Assembly: GCF_963921235.1 (NCBI RefSeq)
Contig: NC_086097.1
Span: 97,590,001-97,654,000, forward strand
Direction of reading: 5' to 3'
DNA from: Mobula hypostoma
Lineage: Eukaryota
Length of the DNA: 64,000 nucleotides
In this document: piece after piece, positions 25,989 to 38,217 of the stretch
Position numbering within the stretch: position 1 is the first letter of the stretch
How the letters are laid out: each line of letters starts with the position of its first letter
Notes under the pieces: model-generated
What the model saw: only the letters and a program-made list of their open reading frames with translations
The model's database searches: none
What the model was told of the DNA's origin: nothing
Made by a program: the position numbers and the translations under genes

Positions 25989-26791
25989 ATCAACTTTTAC
26001 TCCACAATCAACACTTCTGTATGACTGATGCTTCACAGCATCATACACTTTACACAGTTCTGCATCTTGATTTTGTCATCTTGAGTTGATCGGGCTGGGG
26101 AGAAAAATGATAACGATGACATACCAGCAGTATATCTGTATACTATCTGCACTATATTTGTTTATCTGTGGTAGCGTGTGGTTCAACTGCACTTTTTCCC
26201 TTACTGCCAATCTCCACATCACAGCGGCATAGTGTACAAAAAACATGAAAGTTATCTTTTCTGCTTTTAGCAATAAATCCAAATTCTTTAGCCCATTCAT
26301 GATTAAATATAGTCTTTCTTTTCGACATTTCTTTAGGGGCTTGAAACAAGAACTCTCCACTGCGGTGGCAGCCTTGGGTGGACTGACCCTCTCGCACGTG
26401 TTGACGTCACGTGACTCGTACACTGCGGCTCATCAGCAGTGTTGACAATGGCAACTACATATAATAAAAATACGTTAACAGTTGTTACAGCTTTCAGTTC
26501 CCACTGTTTTAGTATATCTGAGGTAATTTATGTAAGTTTTTTAGTCAGACCCAAAAAAGGAGGACAAATTAACGTCCGGCTCGAGGTGGCGCCGGCCAGA
26601 GGACAGAGTGTTCAAAAGCTGGACTGTCCGGCCTCCCTAATTCAGCCTAATGACTCAGTTTTTTGGACTGATAGCACTTTTGTGCTGAAGTACATCAAGA
26701 ATGAAACATGGGCATCAGGGCTTTAGTATCTTCAGCCCGAGAGGGAATGGCCTCTGAATCCTGATTGTTCTGGAGAAATCCTGCTAGATGA

Positions 26792-27217
26792 TTGGACTGT
26801 ATTCCTTGGAGTTTAGAAGAATGAGGGGGGACCTCATAGAAACATTTCAAATGTTGAAAGGCATGGACAGAGTGGATGTGGCAAAGTTGTTTCCCATGAT
26901 GGGGGAGTCTAGTACGAGACGACATGACTTAAGGATTGAAGGGTGCCCATTCAGAACAGAGATGTGAAGAAATTTTTTTAGCCAGAGGATGTTGAATCTA
27001 TGGAATTTGTTGTCACGGGTGGCAGTGGAGGCCAAGTCATTGGGTGTATTTAAGGCAGAGATTGATAGGTATCTGAGAAGCCAGGGCATCAAAGGTTATG
27101 GTGAGAAGGTGGGGGAGTGGGACTAAACAGGAGAATGGATCAGCACATGATAAGATGGTGGAGCAGACTCGATGGGCTGAATGGCTGACTTCTGCTCCTT
27201 TGTCTTATGGTCTTATG
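26792..27217 (+). mobile_element. CR1 3' fragment (different subfamily) inside BEL/Pao
   Basis: Encodes LYSLEFRRMRGDLIETF; tcttatgg tandem tail. Confidence 0.88.
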
Positions 27218-28629
27218 ATCTGTAGTCAAGAGTGTTGCAATGAACACCATGCAGATTGAAGAGGAGGTGGATACAGTAACGTGTATAATACATAACCTCA
27301 TCTTGGACCTATTTGAGGAAGACAGTGGCCTGGATTCTTAGATTTAAGAACCTGTTCTTGTTTCTTAGAAGAGAAAGCAATTGAGAATGGTTCTTGCTCA
27401 GTCTGACTTGGATGAAGAAGGACGAGGGTATTCTTTGGAGAGAGAGATTGAAAAAGCCAAAGGTCAGATTGGCTGAGGTCCTCTGTCAGTAGAGGAGCTC
27501 AGAAAGGCTGAAATGGAGATCCCTGGGTTTTGCCAAAGATTTCCAGGTGAATTCTCAAGTTTGCAAAGGGGTGAAAGTGTGAAAAGGAACAACCATATTT
27601 TCAAACTCAATCCAGTACTTGAAGATGGTGTCTTGAGAGTTAGTGAATGGCTTAGGAGGGCAGCCATGCCTGAAGAGTCCAAACTTCCTGTTTTACTGGC
27701 AAAGGATCTCCAGATCTCAGATACCTTTGAGGCATCTACATCAAGAGGTGAGCCATCATGGCCGCAACCACATATAATCCAGGTTGCACCAAAAATACTG
27801 GTGCTAATACAGCTATAAGAAGGAAACTGTCTTCGTGTGTTGTTTGTTGACGGTTGCATGCAGTTTCAGGATGCCAGCACATGGCAGATCTACCTCTGGA
27901 CAGTCTCCATTTACATATTTAGGAGTGGACAACTTTGGACTTTTGAGGTGAAGAGCAGGAGTACAGTGAAGAGGTTATGGGGTAATATTTACCTGTTTAG
28001 TTCTATGAGCTGCTCACATTGAAGTGGCATCCTCTTTCAACACATCCCTTAGTGCACTTTGATGCTTTATAATAAGACTAAGACAAGTTAGTGAACTGCG
28101 CTCTGATAATGTGGCAAATTTTGGAGCTGAGCATCAGTTAAAAGGAGCATTGAGAAATGGAACTGTTCATAGATCAATGATGTGCTCACATCAGGGAGGA
28201 ACATGGGCGAGATTGGTCAGGTCTGTGTGAAATGTCCTTAATTCCACCATGAAGGTACAGAATCTTGAAGGCGAAGGTTTCCACATAGTCCTTTGTGAAG
28301 TAGAGATTAATATCAATTCTCATCCAATTACTAAGGCGTCCTCTGATCCTGATGATTTGGAAGCACTAACACCCACCCATCCGTTGTGTCTGAAGACCTC
28401 ACAGTCCCTAGCACCAGGAGAGTTCCAAAAGGACGACATTTATGCTCATCATAGATGGAAGCAGGTCCAATACATTGTCAGACTTGTTTTGGAAATGGTG
28501 GGTCATGGAATACCTACCATTGTTACAGGAACATCAGAAATGGTCAAGTATAAAGTGCAATTTCCTCCCATGAGACATTGTGGCAACACAGCACTTCAAC
28601 TCATGGATCATGGGAAGAGTCATTCAAGT

Positions 28630-28873
28630 TGTTATATTTTGTAACTTCAGAACATTAAACTAATTCAAAGGAAGACACAGGAGTCCAAAATGCAGGTCGA
28701 ACGTCAAGTGTACCTCAAGCAAGGCACACACGTATCATGTGGTAGCATGATGACATATGCAATTCATGTATTTATACATTTTCTCATAATAAGTTATTTA
28801 AAGGAACAAGAATGCTTAATCAACTAATTTATATACTGTATACAAGATTACTCAAATATTATTGAAATATTAA
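28630..28873 (-). mobile_element. Gypsy-type solo LTR inside BEL/Pao
   Basis: Shares tgttatRttttgtaac, aagaatgcttaatcaa and tattgaaatattaa with the LTRs at 30228 and 37549. Confidence 0.7.
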
Positions 28874-29008
28874 CCTGGATGACTGTTATATAACTTACAG
28901 AACTTACAGAAGAAAGTAGATTTGCATGAATGTTTATCCTTGAAGATTTCATCTCTCCTTTTTTGTAGTGTATAGTTGTAATTATAGTGTAATAATTAGG
29001 GGCTGGAA

Positions 29009-29380
29009 TTGTGTTTATTATGGGTTATGGTAATTTGTCACTCGGGTTGGTGTGTGGTAGAAGCAGATGAGTATAGTCATGTATTCACTCTTTGTGCAGT
29101 TAATTTTTAGTTGGAATCAGCCAGGGATTGGATGTTTTTTGTTGACTACTTTGTCTCTAATTTGATTACGTTAACTTAGATTATTTTGTTTATTTCACTA
29201 TTGCTACCTAGTTTTGTCAGCTTTTCTCACTACCTAAGATCATTCGTCTTGCTGGTTTTGTAATAAAGAATTGAACATACTGTTTTCAACTTGGAACTCA
29301 GTTATTTGGAAGTGTCATACAGTGTCGAGTCCCTCGCTCAGTTTCAGTGGTTTTGGTTTGTTTTTCAAGTAACCACTACA
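29009..29380 (+). repeat. BEL/Pao 3' LTR
   Basis: Follows the polypurine tract, is homologous to 16439-16844, and ends CTACA. Confidence 0.85.
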
Positions 29381-29429
29381 GTGCAAGACAAAAATTACTA
29401 TGTTACAAAAATTAACATGAAACAAATCT

Positions 29430-30227
29430 TGAAGGGGCCATGAAAATCATTTGCTTATATGATTAAAGAGAATCCCAAGGCATTCTACATTTACATTAAG
29501 AGAAAACAGATAACTAGGGAGAGGGAAGGACCACACAGGGATAAAGGAGAAAAAATATACTTGGAAGCAGATGTAGGGGAGTACCTAAATGAGTACTTTG
29601 CATCAGTATACACCAAAAATAAAGAAGTGAAGGATAATGAGATTAGTGTGGAATCTGCTAATGCAAGGGCACTTTGAGATTACGAAAGAGATAGTGTTGG
29701 GTCTCTTGAAGAACATTAAGATGGATAAGTCCCCAAGGACTGTTGAGATATACTCCAGGTTTTTCAGAGAAGCAAGAGATGAGATTGCTGGGACTTTGAC
29801 CAGGATCTTTGTATCTCAGTAGCTACTGGTGAGATTGCAGAGGACTAGCTAATTGCTCATGTTGTTCCATTGTTTAAGAAAGGAAATGGGGGTAATCCTG
29901 GTAACTAGACTGGTGACTCTCACATCAGTGGCAGGGAAGCTATTCAACAGCATGTTTAGGGATAAGATTGTGAGCATTTGAAGAGCCATGGCTTAATTAG
30001 GGACAAACAACATGACTTAGTTTTTTGAAGAGGTGATGAATATGATTGATACCAGTAAAGCTGTGGAAGTTGTCTACATGGATTTTAGTGAGGCATTTGA
30101 CAAGGGGTACCAAATGATAGGTTTCTCCAGAAAGTTGAGATGTATGGGATACATGATGAATTGGCTTCCCCATTTTAAAAAAAACAGAGGGTAGTGGTCA
30201 GTGGGGTGTATTCTGGCTGGAGGTGAC
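29430..30227 (+). mobile_element. Old CR1 ORF2 fragment
   Basis: IKENPKAFYIYIKRK, LNEYFASVYT, MDKSP and YMDFSEAFDK remnants. Confidence 0.8.
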
Positions 30228-32816
30228 TGTTATGTTTTGTAACTACAGAAACAAAGCAAACAAAAAAAAACTGGAGCCAGGGATTCTTGCTGACTTAGTT
30301 TTTCCCATTTTTATTAAATGAGGTGCTCACATGTAACATGGTGGTGTAATGATGTATGCTATTCACATACCTCTTACGTATAACTCGTAATTAATTATGT
30401 AAATAATGCTTAATCAAACAATATATTTACAATATTACTGAAATATTAAATCCACTACACTCCTTGCTGCTTCGCTATAAACTCCAACTCAAATATATAA
30501 CATATTAGCCTCTTGTTTTATTTTTACATATATATAGAGAGAGAGAATGAGTGAGTCACGTGTATACATGCAAGCACCTTGTACTATATAATACAACTAC
30601 TATATAGACATCCACAGCATAGTACATATTAAATTTCTTGCTTTTGTGGGATAAAGTTTTTCCTGACAAGGGGAGTCATTCTGGCGGGTGAGACTTGTGG
30701 CTGTGAAACAATTTCAGGTTCTGGGGCCTGCTGTGTTGACTTAGAACTGCAGGAAGTGGTTCTGACGGCTCTGATGCCTTTCTTCTCTAACAATTGACCC
30801 TGCTCTCCTCAACTGATTGAAGTGTCATCTCCAGATAACATTAGCTGCAATCTCCACTGTGTAGGAGAGTGATCCAGTTCTGTCCTTAATCTTTCCAAGT
30901 ACCTTACTTTGATCATCTCTCTAGTCCCTCACCAGGACTGTTTGTCCAGGATTGAAACAGAACTTCCTTGTTTGAGAACCCCCTCAATTTGTCTCAGCTG
31001 TTTTTCCTGCATACTCCTGAGATTGGGTTTGAGGAGATCCAAGTATGAACAACCTTTAGACTCTGGACAAACCTGTCTACCAGGCCATTTGTAGCTGGGT
31101 GGTATGGGGCAGATGTATCTTATTCCATTCATTTTCAGAAATGACTGAAATTGCTCTGCAACAAACTGTGGTCAATTGTTACTGTGTTCTGAAACACTGG
31201 TCCTTGAGAAGAGGCTTCTCAACACTTCAAGATTGTGCAAGGCTGTAGTGGAAGCTTTGGAAATACTTCTGGTCACTTTGTAGCTACATCCACTACTATC
31301 AAGAAATTTGTATCTCTGAATGGTCCAGTAAAATCCACATGAATCCTCTGCCAGGGCAATGCAGATCATTCCCAGAATGGAGAGATGCTTCTGCTCTTGG
31401 CATCTTCTAGATGTGTTGGCATCCCAAATAATATATGGGAAGCTGCTCCATCTGCTGATCTGTCCCAAGCCACCAGACAAAGCTTTGAGCCAACACTTCA
31501 TTTTGACCATGCCTAGGTGACCACCATGTAGCTACTCCATTTTGGATCTTAGCTTGGATGGTACAACAACTCTCAATCCTCACATAAGGCAACCCCCATC
31601 AAGGGCAACTTCATCATGACGCTGGTAAAAATGCAGAAACTGGAATTTCTACTGGATGTTTCAGCCATTTTGGATTGTCATCTATAGACAAACAACATAG
31701 ACATATATAGGCGTCTTTTCTGGTTTCCCTTTGGATCATCTTGGCCATAATAGGGAGACTTTCTATTTGTGTTAGGGAGAATAAATTAAGAGGAGTATCC
31801 TCTTTTGTAAGTTTTTCAGGTATTTCCTTTTCCAAGAGTAAACAGGACAATCCATCAGCATTTCTGTGATAACTTGTCCTCTTGAATTCGATCTTATAAT
31901 TGTGTCCTCCAAGAAACAGCACATCTCTGCATTCATGCTGCTGCTGTTAGTGGAACACCCTTCTGTGGACTGAAAATGGACACCCGTGGTTGATGATCTC
32001 TAATGAGGGTAAATTCTCTCCCATACAGGTACTCGTTGAGACGTATTTCACCTCAAATCAGATTCAAGGCCTCTCAATCTCTACATAATTTTTCTCTACA
32101 GTGGTAAGGGAGTATGATACAAAGGCTATGGGGTGTTCACTTTCATCATTCATAACGTGACATTACTGCACCTATACCATAAGGTAAGGCATCCGAGGGA
32201 AGCTTCACTGGACAATGTGGGTCATAATATATGAGCACAGGTCTGATGTCACCATTTCCTTTGTGTTTTGGAAAGTCACTTAAACACTACTTTCCCAATC
32301 CCCATTTTTCAGTAATGAGTTCATTTCAACTAATTTCTGGAGTGATGAGTTCAAAGGGTGGAGCACAATAGCCAGATTTGACAGGAACCTGTTATAGTAA
32401 TTGACAAATCATGAAAATCATGTTATAGTAATTGACAACTGTGACACATCCTTTGGCATTCACTACTACTTGAATTTTCTCAGCACACCTGTGCATCAGT
32501 GGAGTGACCACAGTAAATGATGCTTGGATTAAATAATTCATACTTGTGTCACACTCTGAGCTGATAAGTCTTGATATTTTGGAGATGTTCCTTGTCATCC
32601 TCACTAATAACAATGATGCCACCCAGGCAACGCTGCATCTCTGGGCAGCCTTGCAGCACTTGATCCATTGCTTTCCGCGAGAATGCAGGTGCAGACTGCG
32701 ATAAGGCCCTTTGTGAGTGTTATGGTGAAAAACACTTTGGACTCTTCTTCCATCTCCATCTGTAGGTAAACCTCAGCTAAGTCCACTTTGCTGAAGTGTT
32801 TACCTACAGAAAGGTT

Positions 32817-35800
32817 TAGAAACATAGAAACATAGAAAATAGGTGCAGGAGTAGGCCATTCGGCCCTTCGAGCCTGCACCGCCATTTATTATGATCATGG
32901 CTGATCATCCAACTCAGAACCCAGCCTTCCCTCCATACCCCCTGACCCCTGTAGCCACAAGGGCCATATCTAACTTCCTTTTAAACATAGCTAATGAACT
33001 GGCCTCAACAGTTTGCTGTGGCAGAGAATTCCACAGATTCACCACTCTCTGTGTGAAGAAGTTTTTCCTAACCTCGGTCCTAAAAGGCTTCCCCTCTATC
33101 CTCAAACTGTGACCCCTCGTTCTAGACCTCCCCAACATCGGGAACAATCTTCCCGCATCTAGCCTGTCCAATCCCTTTAGGATCTTATACGTTTCAATCA
33201 GATCCCCCCTCAATCTTCTAAATTCCAACGAGTACAAGCCCAGTTCATCCAGTCTTTCTTCATATGAAAGACCTGCCATCCCAGGAATCAATCTGGTGAA
33301 CCTTCTTTGTACTCCCTCTATGGCAAAGATGTCTTTCCTCAGATTAGGGGACCAAAACTGCACACAATACTCCAGGTGTGGTCTCACCAAGGCCTTGTAC
33401 AACTGCAGTAGTACCTCCCTGCTCCTGTACTCGAATCCTCTCGCTATAAATGCCAGCATACCGTTCGCCTTTTTCACCGCCTGCTGTACCTGCATGCCCA
33501 CTTTCAATGACTGGTGTATAATGACACCCAGGTCTCGTTGCACCTCCCCTTTTCCTAATCGGCCACCATTCAGATAATAATCTGTTTTCCTATTTTTGCC
33601 ACCAAAGTGGATAACTTCACATTTATCCACATTAAATTGCATCTGCCATGAGTTTGCCCACTCACCCAACCTATCCAAGTCACCCTGCATCCTCTTAGCA
33701 TCCTCCTCACTGCTAACACTGCCACCCAGCTTTGTGTCATCCGCAAACTTGGAGATGCTGCATTTAATTCCCTCATCCAAGTCATTAATATATATTGTAA
33801 ACAACTGGGGTCCCAGCACTGAGCCTTGCGGTACCCCACTAGTCACCGCTTGCCATTCTGAAAAGGTCCCGTTTATTCCCACTCTTTGCTTCCTGTCTGC
33901 TAACCAATTCTCCACCCACACCAATACCTTACCCCCAATACCGTGTGCTTTAAGTTTGCACACTAATCTCCTATGTGGGACCTTGTCAAAAGCCTTTTGA
34001 AAATCCAAATATACCACATCCACTGGTTCTCCCCTATCCACTCTACTAGTTACATCCTCAAAAAATTCTATGAGATTCGTCAGACATGATTTTCCTTTCA
34101 CAAATCCATGCTGACTTTGTCCGATCATTTCACCGCTTTCCAAATGTGCTGTTATCACATCCTTGATAACTGACTCCAGCAGTTTCCCCACCACCGACGT
34201 TAGGCTAACCGGCCTATAATTCCCCGGTTTCTCTCTCCCTCCTTTTTTAAAAAGTGGGGTTACATTAGCCACCCTCCAATCCTCAGGAACAAGTCCAGAA
34301 TCTAACGAGTTTTGAAAAATTATCACTAATGCATCCACTATTTCTTGGGCCACTTCCTTAAGCACTCTGGGATGCAGACCATCTGGCCCTGGGGATTTAT
34401 CTGCCTTCAATCCCTTCAATTTACCTAACACCACTTCCCTACTAACATGTATTTCGCTCAGTTCCTCCATCTCACTGGACCCTCTGTCCCTTACTATTTC
34501 TGGAAGATTATTTATGTCCTCCTTAGTGAAGACAGAACCAAAGTAATTATTCAATTGGTCTGCCATGTCCTTGCTCCCCATAATCAATTCACCTGTTTCT
34601 GTTTGCAGGGGACCTACATTTGTCTTTATCAGTCTTTTCCTTTTTACATATCTATAAAAGCTTTTACAGTCCGTTTTTATGTTCTCTGCCAGTTTTCTCT
34701 CATAATCTTTTTTCCCCTTCCTAATTAAGCCCTTTGTCCTCCTCTGCTGAACTCTGAATTTCTCCCAGTCCTCAGGTGAGCCACTTTCTCTGGCTAATTT
34801 GTATGCTACTTCTTTGGAATTGATACTATCCCTAATTTCTCTTGTCAGCCACGGGTGCACTACCTTCCTTGATTTATTCTTTTGCCAAACTGGGATGAAC
34901 AATTGTTGTAGTTCATCCATGCAACCTTTAAATGCCTGCCATTGCATATCCACCGTCAATCCTTGAAGTGTCATTTGCCAGTCTATTTTAGCTAATTCAT
35001 GTCTCATACCTTCAAAGTTACCCCTCTTTAAGTTCAGAACCTTTGTTTCTGAATTAACTACGTCACTCTCCATGTTAATGAAGAATTCCACCATATTATG
35101 GTCACTCTTCCCCAAGGGGCCTCTCACGACAAGATCGCTAATTAACCCTTCCTCATTGCTCAAAACCCAGTCCAGAATAGCCTGCTCTCTAGTCGGTTCC
35201 TCAACATGTTGGTTCAAAAAACCATCCCGCATACATTCCAAGAAATCCTCTTCCTCAGCACCTTTACCAATTTGGTTCACCCAGTCTACATGTAGATTGA
35301 AGTCACCCATTATAACTGCTGTTCCTTTATTGCACACATTTCTAATTTCCTGTTTAATACCATCTCCGACCTCACTACTACTGTTAGGTGGCCTGTACAC
35401 AACTCCCACCAGCATCTTCTGCCCCTTAGTGTTACGCAGCTCTACCCATATCGATTCCACATCTTCCCGGCTTATGTCCTTCCTTTCTATTGCGTTAATC
35501 TCTTTTTTAACCAGCAACGCCACCCCACCTCCCCTTCCTTCGTGTCTATCCCTCCTGAATATTGAATATCCCTGAACGTTGAGCTCCCATCCCTGGTCAC
35601 CCTGGAGCCATGTCTCTGTGATCCCAACTATATCATAATCATTAATAACAATCTGCACTTTCAATTCATCCACCTTATTACGAATGCTCCTTGCATTGAC
35701 ACATAAAGCCTTCAGGCGCTCTTTTACAACTCTCTTAGCCCTTTTTAATGCTTGCCCTGGATTTGTCGGCCTGCCACTTTTACTTTTCCCCTTTGTACTT

Positions 35801-35872
35801 TTTGCTTCTACGCTCACTTTACACCCCTCTGTCTCTCTGCACTGGTTCCCATCCCTCTGTTGTGAACTAACC
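32817..35872 (-). mobile_element. Very young CR1 inserted in the Gypsy RT
   Basis: The Gypsy RT is split between RIEDAFA and NLSVGKHFSKVDL; tgtttcta tandem tail at about 32817-32836. Confidence 0.95.
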
Positions 35873-36015
35873 TTTGCAAAAGCATCCTCTATCCTGAGCA
35901 GAAGGTATTGATCTACTATCAGTACAGGGTTGATGGTGACATTAAAATCACCACAGATCCTGACAGACCCATCCTTCTTGACTACTGGGACCACTGGCAT
36001 TGCCCAGGGCTCCAC
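32914..36015 (-). CDS. Uninterrupted CR1 ORF2 (APE plus RT), extended in frame by about 48 Gypsy RT codons
   Basis: 1033 aa ORF with [49 protein letters not shown] and KFADD all intact. Confidence 0.9.
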   Translation of the reverse strand: MEPWAMPVVPVVKKDGSVRICGDFNVTINPVLIVDQYLLLRIEDAFAKVSSQQRDGNQCRETEGCKVSVEAKSTKGKSKSGRPTNPGQALKRAKRVVKERLKALCVNARSIRNKVDELKVQIVINDYDIVGITETWLQGDQGWELNVQGYSIFRRDRHEGRGGGVALLVKKEINAIERKDISREDVESIWVELRNTKGQKMLVGVVYRPPNSSSEVGDGIKQEIRNVCNKGTAVIMGDFNLHVDWVNQIGKGAEEEDFLECMRDGFLNQHVEEPTREQAILDWVLSNEEGLISDLVVRGPLGKSDHNMVEFFINMESDVVNSETKVLNLKRGNFEGMRHELAKIDWQMTLQGLTVDMQWQAFKGCMDELQQLFIPVWQKNKSRKVVHPWLTREIRDSINSKEVAYKLARESGSPEDWEKFRVQQRRTKGLIRKGKKDYERKLAENIKTDCKSFYRYVKRKRLIKTNVGPLQTETGELIMGSKDMADQLNNYFGSVFTKEDINNLPEIVRDRGSSEMEELSEIHVSREVVLGKLKGLKADKSPGPDGLHPRVLKEVAQEIVDALVIIFQNSLDSGLVPEDWRVANVTPLFKKGGREKPGNYRPVSLTSVVGKLLESVIKDVITAHLESGEMIGQSQHGFVKGKSCLTNLIEFFEDVTSRVDRGEPVDVVYLDFQKAFDKVPHRRLVCKLKAHGIGGKVLVWVENWLADRKQRVGINGTFSEWQAVTSGVPQGSVLGPQLFTIYINDLDEGIKCSISKFADDTKLGGSVSSEEDAKRMQGDLDRLGEWANSWQMQFNVDKCEVIHFGGKNRKTDYYLNGGRLGKGEVQRDLGVIIHQSLKVGMQVQQAVKKANGMLAFIARGFEYRSREVLLQLYKALVRPHLEYCVQFWSPNLRKDIFAIEGVQRRFTRLIPGMAGLSYEERLDELGLYSLEFRRLRGDLIETYKILKGLDRLDAGRLFPMLGRSRTRGHSLRIEGKPFRTEVRKNFFTQRVVNLWNSLPQQTVEASSLAMFKRKLDMALVATGVRGYGGKAGF

Positions 36016-37779
36016 TCAACCTTGGACAGAATTCCATCAGCCTTTTTGCAATCTAGCTCACTGACTACCCTATCACGGATGGTATAAGAAACCAGACTCA
36101 CTTTGTAAAATTTGGGTATGGCATTTTCATTTAACACTTTTACCTTTGATATGTCTGAGTTTTCCAAAGTGACCCTTGAACACTAGGTGGCATTATCCAG
36201 TACCTCTTTTAATCCACTTTCAGATGACTCTATTGCTGGGCATGTGGCATGCAAATGGTGGATGGATCTCCAATCAAGTTGTAATTGTCTCAGCCAATTA
36301 CGATCCCACAATGCTGGCCTTCCTGTTTTTACCACATACAAGCTCAATGTAGCTTGTTGATTGTCATATGTCTCTGTTACGAATATAATTCCCACAGGAG
36401 TTATCTTTTCAGTGTATGTTCTTAGTTGGATACATGCAGTTTAGTATCTTTGAAATGCAGTGCAAACTCATTTTGTGGAATTCCAGTGTCCAATTCCATT
36501 TTAGTTAATTTGCTGTTCATTTCTGGTGTAAGCCAAATTGGTTTTCTATTATTAGCTTTCATATTTTAAAGTTCAAGACTACCCAGCCCTGTGTCACTCT
36601 TATCAGAGTTTTCATCAACAGTATGCATATTAGTGCTCTTTTCGAAACTGCAACTTGATTTTTTAGTTTTTTTTTTCTCTTCCTTGTGCAGTCCATTTAC
36701 TTTTGTCTGCCCAACATGCTCTTTGTATTTGTCCTACTTTGTTGCATTTTCTGCAAGTTTCACCTTTAAACCTGTATTATTCTGGTGTATATGAGCCCCT
36801 GCCACAATGGAAACACAATTTCTTCAGCCAGGCAGGTTTCTGCTTAGTGCAATTTTGTTCACGCTCACTTTCATTCCTGATTGCAACTCCATTGGGCTCT
36901 TTTAAATGTGACTTGTGCTTCAGTTAGGAGCCATTTTTGAATGCTTTCTTGTAAGATTCCACAAACTAAATGATCTCTCATTTAACTGGCATTATGGTTC
37001 ATTAAGCCATAATAAACAGAATGTTCAAACAACTTTCAATTCAGCCATGTAAACTAAAATGGACTCCCCTTCCTTTTGATTCTGCTTATGAAACCTAAAG
37101 CATTCTGCAATCAACAACAATTTTGATTCTAAATGTTCCTGCATCATGTTCACAAAATCAGCAAAGCTCATTTCATCTGGTTTGGTTGGAGCAGTCAAAC
37201 TTCTAAGCAAACTGCTTTTCCACCCATTGCACTCAGCAAAGTGGCACTCTTTTCTTATTGACTATTTCAATTGCTTTAAAATAGTGCTCATTCTGTTCAG
37301 TATACATCAGGCAGTTATCTGTTATGCGATCGACCATGTTTACGTTTCCATTGTTGCCAGTCACTTCTGCATTTTTTATTATTATCATCATCGCCCGGTA
37401 CTCACTGTTTCAGCCCATGAATTTCATCTATTTTACCTTTTTGTTAACTCGAACGTCTCTCTCCCTTTCTGAAAAAGTATATGCTGCATTTTTTTATATA
37501 ACTTAAATATCTCTCTCTAGGATCTGTTTTAAAACTTACTCCTTGCTATGGTTGTGTTTTGTAACTCCAGAAATTAGTCAAAAGGGAAACACATAACCTA
37601 AGAAAAAGTGTTTACTTCATGTTACTTTAGTGAGGTGTTCACTTTGACATGGTGGTATAATGACATATGTCATTCACATACTACTTACAAATAACCCATA
37701 ATGAATTCTGTAAACAAACCAAGAATGCTTAATCAAACAATATATTTATAATATTATTGAAATATTAAATATACCATAG

Positions 37780-37859
37780 CAGGAGTTCCTAAACTTCTTT
37801 ATGCCATGGACTCCTACCATTAATCGAGGGGTCTGTGGGTTCCATGTTGGGAACCCCTG
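37780..37859. mobile_element. 80 bp hAT-type MITE
   Basis: Imperfect TIRs caggagttcctaaac and gttgggaacccctg; no convincing TSD. Confidence 0.65.
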
Positions 37860-37864
37860 ATACA

Positions 37865-38215
37865 CACTGGGACCATATTCCACATTAAACAACCTAAGAT
37901 TTTGTGCCCATTCATTTTCCATGCACCAAAATTTATTAATGCAGTGCTCTCAACATTCTACTAATGTTGCCAATCGGATGTCAACTTTGTTCTTTTACGT
38001 TAACCCGGTAAACCATTGCTAACAGTAACCTGTGTAGATGTAAAGGTACTTTACCCATTTCCACAGGCAATGCTGAAATTGGGGATGATTTAATTGCACT
38101 ACAACATAATCTCAATGTTTGAACTTTATCTAGTGGCTTTAAAGGCAGTGATGAGGCTGACCCATAAGCAACACACCCATAATCAAAGACAAAACTGACT
38201 AAAGTAACATACAAT
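37865..38215 (-). mobile_element. I/Nimb-clade LINE fragment
   Basis: DYGCVAYGSAS..LRLCCSAIKSSPISALPVEMGKVPL resembles the post-RT region of I/Nimb elements (recognised from memory). Confidence 0.65.
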
Positions 38216-38217
38216 AT

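Larger units (their letters stand above)
21391..26639 (-). mobile_element. hAT DNA transposon with disrupted transposase
   Basis: TIRs TAGGGTGGCC and GGCCTCCCTA; 8 bp TSD attcagtc/attcagcc; zinc finger FCTLC..H, NCLAH, TRWLS and SIPRSNAHTE motifs. The BEL reading frame resumes across the insertion site. Confidence 0.92.
16439..29380 (+). mobile_element. Decayed BEL/Pao LTR retrotransposon with nested insertions
   Basis: Homologous LTRs at 16439-16844 and about 29009-29380, both ending CTACA. Polypurine-like tract aggggctggaa precedes the 3' LTR. 5 bp TSD gtaca/gtgca. Pao motifs YDPLG, ELSWDD, FIMGKSRV, FWTDS and LCEVE..INS.PIT..DLEALTP. Confidence 0.88.
30228..37778 (-). mobile_element. Decayed Gypsy LTR retrotransposon
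   Basis: Related LTRs at 30228-30459 and about 37549-37778. Gag (IAECFRFHKQNQKEGES and a zinc knuckle), protease MELDTG, RT (PVVKKDGSVRICGDF, FSKVDL), RNase H (NADGLS) and integrase remnants lie in Gypsy order. The LTRs are quite diverged from each other. Confidence 0.85.
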
